A stretch of DNA of 64,000 nt from an uncultured virus (IMG/VR IMGVR_UViG_3300047407_000118). Its lineage: Duplodnaviria; Heunggongvirae; Uroviricota; Caudoviricetes. Positions 58,194 through 64,000 of this stretch are shown one piece after another (position 1 is the first letter of the stretch; the number at the start of each line of letters is the position of its first letter). Where the stretch lies: IMG/VR virus record IMGVR_UViG_3300047407_000118, positions 1 to 64,000 of that record; one strand, 5' to 3'. Both the position numbers and the translations under genes were made by a program. Under the pieces are notes generated by a model. It was given only the letters and a program-made list of their open reading frames with translations. It was not told where the DNA came from and ran no database searches.

Positions 58194-61100
58194 CTAGACT
58201 CTGCCCACCACGATTTCAATCAGGCCCTGATCGCCCTCAAAGTTTTCCAGACTCTTGCCTATAATAGCACCAGTTGGGGGGTCTGCATCCGATCTGGCCG
58301 CGCCGTTGCCCGCGCTCACCATCATGTCGCCCTTGCGTATCACGCCCGTGACACGGGTTTTTACCCGCCCCTGCAGAGCCAGCAGTACCGGATGTTCAGC
58401 TGATATGCCCGCGTTCATGACGTGTCCCGGACCGGTACTGACCACACCGGCCACGGCTCGATCACCATCAACTGAACTGATAGTTACTTCGTGTGTGCCA
58501 CCAAAGCAGAGCACAGTACCCGGTTCATAGTCTTGATCGGCGCTGTATTTTTCGGCCAAGTCGGCATATTGAGCTTGTGTTGATGTGACCTGTAGCGTGT
58601 TATTTGCTGCATCAAAACTGAATGCCGTGGCTGCTGTTCGAACTGAGGCTGTTTGGTTGCTACCGGCTGCGGCCACAAAAACCGGATAGAATGTACCAGT
58701 TGTGACCGCTGTGGCATTGATAGCCGTACTGGGTCCAGTGGAGCCCTGAGTGCCCGTGGAGCCCTGAGTGCCCGTGGAACCCTGAGCGCCTGTAGCACCT
58801 TGAGTACCAGTACCTGTGGTACCCTGTGCACCTGTTGTGCCTTGTGCACCTGTGGTGCCTTGTGTGCCATTTGTTCCTGCAGTACCCTGTGCACCTGTGG
58901 TGCCTTGAGCACCTGTGGTACCTTGTGTGCCATTTGTTCCTGCAGTACCCTGTGCACCTGTGGTGCCTTGAGCACCTGTAGTACCTTGTGTGCCATTTGT
59001 TCCTGCAGTACCCTGTGCACCTGTGGTGCCTTGTGCGCCATTTGTTCCACTAGTACCCTGTGCACCTGTGGTGCCTTGTGTGCCATTTGTTCCACTAGTA
59101 CCCTGTGCACCTGTGGTGCCTTGGGCACCTGTAGTACCTTGTGTGCCATTTGTTCCTGCAGTACCCTGTGCACCTGTGGTGCCTTGTGCGCCATTTGTTC
59201 CACTAGTACCCTGTGCACCTGTGGTGCCTTGAGCACCTGTGGTGCCTTGTGCACCTGTGGTGCCTTGTGTGCCATTTGTTCCACTAGTACCCTGTGCACC
59301 TGTGGTGCCTTGGCCGCCGGTGGCACCTTGTGTGCCATTTGTTCCACTAGTACCCTGTGCACCTGTAGCACCTTGGCCGCCAGTGGCACCTTGTGTGCCA
59401 TTTGTTCCACTAGTACCCTGTGCACCTGTGGTGCCTTGAGTGCCAGTACCTGTGGTGCCTTGTGCACCTGTGGTACCTTGTGTGCCATTTGTTCCACTAG
59501 TACCCTGTGCACCTGTGGTACCCTGTGCACCTGTGGTGCCTTGTGCGCCATTTGTTCCACTAGTACCCTGTGCACCTGTAGTGCCTTGTGTGCCATTTGT
59601 TCCACTAGTACCCTGTGCACCTGTGGTGCCTTGTGCACCTGTTGTACCTTGAGCACCTGTGGTACCTTGTGTGCCATTTGTTCCACTAGTACCCTGTGCA
59701 CCTGTGGTGCCTTGAGCACCTGTAGCACCTTGTGTGCCATTTGTTCCATTAGTACCCTGTGCACCTGTGGTGCCTTGGCTACCAGTAGCACCTTGACTAC
59801 CTGTGATACCTTGAGCACCTGTTGTTCCTTGAACACCTGAACCTGTAGTGCCTTGAGTACCTTGGGTACCCGTAGCTCCTTGGGTACCAGTAATTCCCTG
59901 TCGACCTTGAATACCTTGAGTGCCCTGTGCACCTGTGGTGCCTTGGCTACCAGTAGCACCTTGACTACCTGTGGTGCCTTGAGCACCTGTGGTGCCTTGA
60001 GAACCTGCACCTGTGGTGCCTTGTGGTCCCGGAGTTCCACCAAGATTTACTGACCAAGAACTATAAGTACCAGATCCAGTAGTACTAGTAATATTGGTTA
60101 CTAGCTGTCCAGTACCGCTGTTATAACTGGTAACAGTTCCTGACATATAATTGCTACCGTCATATGAGATAACAATATTTTGAGATGAGATATATGCTAA
60201 ATTGGTACCAACAGTTATCGTTTGACTGCCAGTTGCAATAGTCAGACTAGTTGAGCTAGTGGTTACATAAGCGTCGCCAGTTATACCTTGTGAACCTAGA
60301 ATACCTTGCGATCCAGTGCTGCCTTGACTACCTGTAGCACCTTGGGTACCTGTGGCTCCTTGGGTACCAGTAATTCCCTGTCGACCTTGAATACCTTGAG
60401 TGCCCTGTGCACCTGTAGTGCCTTGGCCACCAGTAGCGCCTTGACTACCTGTAGCACCTTGACTACCTGTGATGCCTTGCGCACCTGTGATGCCTTGGCC
60501 GCCGGTGGCACCTTGTGTGCCATTTGTTCCACTGGTACCCTGTGCACCTGTGGTGCCTTGTGTGCCATTTGTTCCACTGGTACCCTGTGCACCTGTGGTG
60601 CCTTGGCCACCAGTAGCGCCTTGACTACCTGTGATGCCTTGAGTACCTGCACCTGTGGTGCCTTGGCCACCAGTAGCGCCTTGGCCACCAGTAGCGCCTT
60701 GACTACCTGTGGTGCCTTGAGTACCTGCACCTGTGGTGCCTTGGCCACCAGTAGCGCCTTGTGTTCCCAATAAACCTTGAACGCCTTGAGTGCCCATGGT
60801 TCCTTGGCTGCCTGTGACACCTTGAGCACCTGTGCTACCTTGTGTTCCTTGTATTCCGGTAGCTCCTTGAGGACCGGTTGTGCCTTGCGCACCAGATCCA
60901 GTACTGCCCTGTATGCCCGTGGCACCTTGAGCACCAGAAGCTTGCACAGCCACACCATTGGCATATTGGAATCCTGCAGCAATGACGTTGCCAACTGCTG
61001 TGACTTTACCGCTAGAAAACACATTTCCGCTGGCAGAAATTGCACCAGTGGCATTGACATTTGCACCCTGGACATTGCCCGATGCTGATACTGTAACACC

Positions 61101-61490
61101 TTGCACCAGCGCGGCAGATATTAGATTACCACTGGTGACATTTCCCGAAACTGAAACTGTGGTCCCAGTATGGATCACTGCGTTGACATTGGCCCCACCA
61201 AGTATATTGGCACCAGTAATATTGCCCGTGACTGATAGTCCAGTACCGTTGAATATTGCTGCTTGAGATCCACCAATACCCACTGTGACCGCACCGCCGG
61301 CGCTGACCACCTTGACATTGCTGGTACCATTGGTTATTTGATTAACCGATACGTTGCCACCAATACTGGTATTTCCGTTGATGGTTAGATCCCCGGTGAT
61401 GGTAGTTGCCCCAGCCGAAAGCTTGATCGAATCTGTAGGATCTATGGTTTCGATGGTGTAATTGCCGCTAACGCGCTTGATTGTGCTCAT
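58194..61490 (-). CDS. collagen-like fibre protein with C-terminal chaperone-like domain
   Basis: 1098 aa; [12 protein letters not shown] repeats; AQYADLAE..GVVST..IIGKSLE C-terminus. Confidence 0.85.
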   Translation of the reverse strand: MSTIKRVSGNYTIETIDPTDSIKLSAGATTITGDLTINGNTSIGGNVSVNQITNGTSNVKVVSAGGAVTVGIGGSQAAIFNGTGLSVTGNITGANILGGANVNAVIHTGTTVSVSGNVTSGNLISAALVQGVTVSASGNVQGANVNATGAISASGNVFSSGKVTAVGNVIAAGFQYANGVAVQASGAQGATGIQGSTGSGAQGTTGPQGATGIQGTQGSTGAQGVTGSQGTMGTQGVQGLLGTQGATGGQGTTGAGTQGTTGSQGATGGQGATGGQGTTGAGTQGITGSQGATGGQGTTGAQGTSGTNGTQGTTGAQGTSGTNGTQGATGGQGITGAQGITGSQGATGSQGATGGQGTTGAQGTQGIQGRQGITGTQGATGTQGATGSQGSTGSQGILGSQGITGDAYVTTSSTSLTIATGSQTITVGTNLAYISSQNIVISYDGSNYMSGTVTSYNSGTGQLVTNITSTTGSGTYSSWSVNLGGTPGPQGTTGAGSQGTTGAQGTTGSQGATGSQGTTGAQGTQGIQGRQGITGTQGATGTQGTQGTTGSGVQGTTGAQGITGSQGATGSQGTTGAQGTNGTNGTQGATGAQGTTGAQGTSGTNGTQGTTGAQGTTGAQGTTGAQGTSGTNGTQGTTGAQGTSGTNGAQGTTGAQGTTGAQGTSGTNGTQGTTGAQGTTGTGTQGTTGAQGTSGTNGTQGATGGQGATGAQGTSGTNGTQGATGGQGTTGAQGTSGTNGTQGTTGAQGTTGAQGTTGAQGTSGTNGAQGTTGAQGTAGTNGTQGTTGAQGTTGAQGTSGTNGTQGTTGAQGTSGTNGAQGTTGAQGTAGTNGTQGTTGAQGTTGAQGTAGTNGTQGTTGAQGTTGAQGTAGTNGTQGTTGAQGTTGAQGTTGTGTQGATGAQGSTGTQGSTGTQGSTGPSTAINATAVTTGTFYPVFVAAAGSNQTASVRTAATAFSFDAANNTLQVTSTQAQYADLAEKYSADQDYEPGTVLCFGGTHEVTISSVDGDRAVAGVVSTGPGHVMNAGISAEHPVLLALQGRVKTRVTGVIRKGDMMVSAGNGAARSDADPPTGAIIGKSLENFEGDQGLIEIVVGRV

Positions 61491-62078
61491 CTAAAGGTCC
61501 TTTGGATTATTTAGTCGTCGTTGTAGGTCTTCTAGATCCAGATGAAACAGGTTAGCCAATCCATCAAATTGAGCAATATGCGCCGTGGTTGATCCACGCA
61601 CTCGGACAAAACGTATCCGCGGGAAATCGCCGGCGATACGCAGAATCTGCCGTGTCCAATTACCGGTATAAGTGGGTTGACTGCTGCTTTTTTTGTAGAA
61701 TTCGGTATCCGCATACACATTGTTGAACAGATCGCCCGGCATTGGCCCCATATCAAATCCCACGAGATATATGGGATCATGATGGGCCAGTGCAGCCAAA
61801 CTCACGGCCAATGGACCTGAACTAAATCCAAAATACTGCTGGGGTACAGACTTGGCACCTAGACCCGGAATAGGTTTACGAGTATAGAACTCGTATTGAG
61901 CCGAATAGCCACTCTCTTGTATGGCCGTGCTTATGGGTCTATCTGTAGACACCAATACTGTGGGTATAAATTCACGATAGAGAGCATTACAACCATAGAC
62001 GGGACCATGTCTTTTTACCTGATCCAGATCCAGCCCCATGCGACTGCGCCCGTTACCCAACACAAAAGCCACACTCAT
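61491..62078 (-). CDS. hypothetical protein, Rossmann-like (possible glycosyltransferase-related)
   Basis: AFVLGNGRSR, YGCNALYR, SSGP, IYLVGFD. Confidence 0.6.
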   Translation of the reverse strand: MSVAFVLGNGRSRMGLDLDQVKRHGPVYGCNALYREFIPTVLVSTDRPISTAIQESGYSAQYEFYTRKPIPGLGAKSVPQQYFGFSSGPLAVSLAALAHHDPIYLVGFDMGPMPGDLFNNVYADTEFYKKSSSQPTYTGNWTRQILRIAGDFPRIRFVRVRGSTTAHIAQFDGLANLFHLDLEDLQRRLNNPKDL

Positions 62079-62110
62079 AAAAAATCCTCCCAGTAGTTAT
62101 CTGGGAGGAT
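62079..62110 (-). promoter_or_regulatory. terminator-like hairpin burying GGAGG RBS, TAACTA in loop
   Basis: ATCCTCCCAG-ATAACTA-CTGGGAGGAT-TTTTT-ATG. Confidence 0.7.
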
Positions 62111-62129
62111 CCTTTTGGTTTGACAAATG

Positions 62130-62957
62130 TTACGAAGTAAGGTTGTTGATCTGGGCCAATTGCAGACTACCATTCTGTGCGGAAGCACCATTGATAACTT
62201 CTGCACCAGACCATGTGACCGTACCTTCATCAGTGAAGAAGTTGGTGGGATAAAAGTTTTCGCTACTTTGTACATTGGTACCATAGTTGCTGTCAGCGTA
62301 GTTGCCATAGGTCATGCCATTCCAGTCACGTACCCATTTATTGGTGATATAAGAAGCGTAAACAGCCGAACTATCACCCACAGAGTATGCCACGCTCATA
62401 TATCCTGCGCTGGGAGAACCAGTGTTGGCCAGAACACAGATACCCACATTCCACACGGTACCGTTGTCAACAACAGCCGAACTACCACTGATAGTGGCTG
62501 TGAAAATATCACCCTGTGCTGCATTGGGGCTAGCACCAAACTGAGACCAATCTGTACCGCTGGCACTGTTGATCATATAGGTATTACCGGCCACGATGTC
62601 CTCATCTTGTATGTCCGAGGCTTTGGCCACCAAGAATTTGTGTGCACCCTTTTGGCGCAAGATGCGGCCCGATCCCGAACCAGTGCTAGAACCGCTGTTT
62701 AGTACGATATTGACCGTGCAGTTGATGTAGGGATTGGCAGCTGATCCCTGACCTTCTTGGAATCCACCCACCACGCCCAGATAATCCGAGGCGCTGAGTG
62801 TGCCAGCTGAGTTGTAAACCGGATCTGTCAGTGACCCAAAGTTGGGATAACCCACATCCACATTGACCGCGGCTGCGGGTTGATTTATGGTACCATCGGC
62901 GTTGATCGTGATGCCCTGTGCAGGACCACGTTTGGAGATTTTGAGAGCTCGACCCAT
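62130..62957 (-). CDS. putative virion structural protein
   Basis: 275 aa, MGRALKI start, ILRQKGAHKFLV; late promoter and AAGGA RBS. Confidence 0.65.
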   Translation of the reverse strand: MGRALKISKRGPAQGITINADGTINQPAAAVNVDVGYPNFGSLTDPVYNSAGTLSASDYLGVVGGFQEGQGSAANPYINCTVNIVLNSGSSTGSGSGRILRQKGAHKFLVAKASDIQDEDIVAGNTYMINSASGTDWSQFGASPNAAQGDIFTATISGSSAVVDNGTVWNVGICVLANTGSPSAGYMSVAYSVGDSSAVYASYITNKWVRDWNGMTYGNYADSNYGTNVQSSENFYPTNFFTDEGTVTWSGAEVINGASAQNGSLQLAQINNLTS

Positions 62958-62981
62958 TTTGTTTGTTCCTTGTGTAAAGTT

Positions 62982-63049
62982 GCGGGTTCTATCCCGCTAC
63001 GCTGTTTGGGGAAACAGCATAAGCCGCATGATTACGGACCAAGTATTTA
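62982..63049 (-). ncRNA. candidate structured 5' leader RNA (three hairpins)
   Basis: After TAAATA (63049-44): CCGUA/UGCGG, UAUGCUGUUU/AAACAGCGUA, GCGGG/CCCGC; the G-U pairs form only on the minus strand. Confidence 0.5.
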
Positions 63050-63091
63050 TGCAAAAACCAAATTATACCAGAGTACCGTAGTAAATACCCC

Positions 63092-64000
63092 GTGAATACT
63101 GCACAGCTAATTGAAACCGGCAATCAACATCGTGCTGATCGCCAATATGATGCGGCTCTGGCCTGCTATGCCCAGGCCTTTGCCCAGGATCGCGGCTCAT
63201 CTGCGGCCTTCAACAATTATGGCAATGTACTGCGTGAGATCGGGGAACCTGCTGGGGCATTGCCGTTCTTGGAACGTGCCATCCAGCTCAATCCCCAGGA
63301 TCCCATGGCACAGTTCAATCGATCCGTGTGCTTGCTGCTCTTGGGCGACTATGAGCGCGGCTGGCCCGCATACGAGACCCGTTGGAACTACGAACATCTC
63401 GCGGGCACCTTGCCCCAGCTTGATCGACCGCGCTGGACCGGACAAGATCTCCGGGATCGCTCTATACTGGTCATAGGCGAACAGGGACATGGTGACTGCA
63501 TACAATTCAGTCGCTTCCTATGGAACCTACATGTGTTGGGAGCCCGCGTACATTTGCAGACCACCGATGGTTTGATACCGTTGTTCCAGAACAGCACCGT
63601 CATAGCATCGGTCTCGGCATACAGTAGTGCCATGCCCGAGGTTGATTACTGGATACCCATCATGAGCATCCCGGCCGTGCTGGGCCTGACCCTGCAGAAT
63701 CTACCGCGATCCATCAACTATATCACAGCACCCGACAATTTGTGCCAGCAATGGCGCCAACTGTTGGGCAACAAAACGCGATTGAGAGTAGGCTTGTCCT
63801 GGAGTGGCCGCCGGGACGCCTGGCTCAACACCCACAAAGGTATGCCATTTGCTCAGGCTCTCACGCTGATACGATCAAACCCGCAATGCGAATGGATCAA
63901 TCTCCAGATTGATGCCACCCCAGAAGAAACAGCGGCCTTGGCCGAGCTGGGTGTGCGCATGTTTCCCGGTACCATCACTGGATTCCATGATACTGCGGCC
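63092..64000 (+). CDS. TPR-containing glycosyltransferase (GT9-like), truncated
   Basis: Not in track. GTG 63092 gives MNTAQLIETGNQHR..AFNNYGNVLRE..GWPAYETRW..EQGHGDCIQFSRF..RVGLSWSG; TAAATA 4 nt upstream. Confidence 0.8.
   Translation, partial: MNTAQLIETGNQHRADRQYDAALACYAQAFAQDRGSSAAFNNYGNVLREIGEPAGALPFLERAIQLNPQDPMAQFNRSVCLLLLGDYERGWPAYETRWNYEHLAGTLPQLDRPRWTGQDLRDRSILVIGEQGHGDCIQFSRFLWNLHVLGARVHLQTTDGLIPLFQNSTVIASVSAYSSAMPEVDYWIPIMSIPAVLGLTLQNLPRSINYITAPDNLCQQWRQLLGNKTRLRVGLSWSGRRDAWLNTHKGMPFAQALTLIRSNPQCEWINLQIDATPEETAALAELGVRMFPGTITGFHDTAA

Noticed and set aside
51058..61099. Long Cys-rich, VP-rich and HKAPQV ORFs in other frames
   Set aside because: Shadow frames of the collagen repeat with no independent start signals.
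62982..62997. preQ1 riboswitch suggested by GGTTCTA on the plus strand
   Set aside because: Wrong strand for the adjacent downstream gene and lacks the A-rich tail.

Overview
A 64 kb segment of a large T4-like (contractile-tailed) bacteriophage genome with no tRNA, rRNA or CRISPR array visible. Left to right: a truncated RNA ligase and small early genes; a sugar-modification cluster (glycosyltransferases, methyltransferase, nucleotidyltransferase-cupin, Gmd); UvsY/UvsX/gp32; large terminase; a block of probable head-internal proteins; small terminase-like gene, gp4, tail tube, sheath, dNMP kinase, neck gp13/gp14/gp15; methyltransferase and radical-SAM fusions; and giant collagen-like fibre genes. 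The most striking signal is a conserved 18-bp in-frame DNA repeat (CAAGGTGTGGCGGAAGGC, read as QGVAEG). It occurs in three different long genes and, in one of them, delimits unrelated AT-rich cassettes of about 300 bp, suggesting a cassette-shuffled, protease-processed cargo polyprotein system. Also notable are four MRAREF paralogs with a T4 capsid-targeting-like N-terminus around an Ntn hydrolase, hairpins that hide the RBS and carry a late promoter in the loop, widespread apparently leaderless genes, and a three-hairpin RNA leader. Functional calls come from motif recognition by eye, not from database searches.
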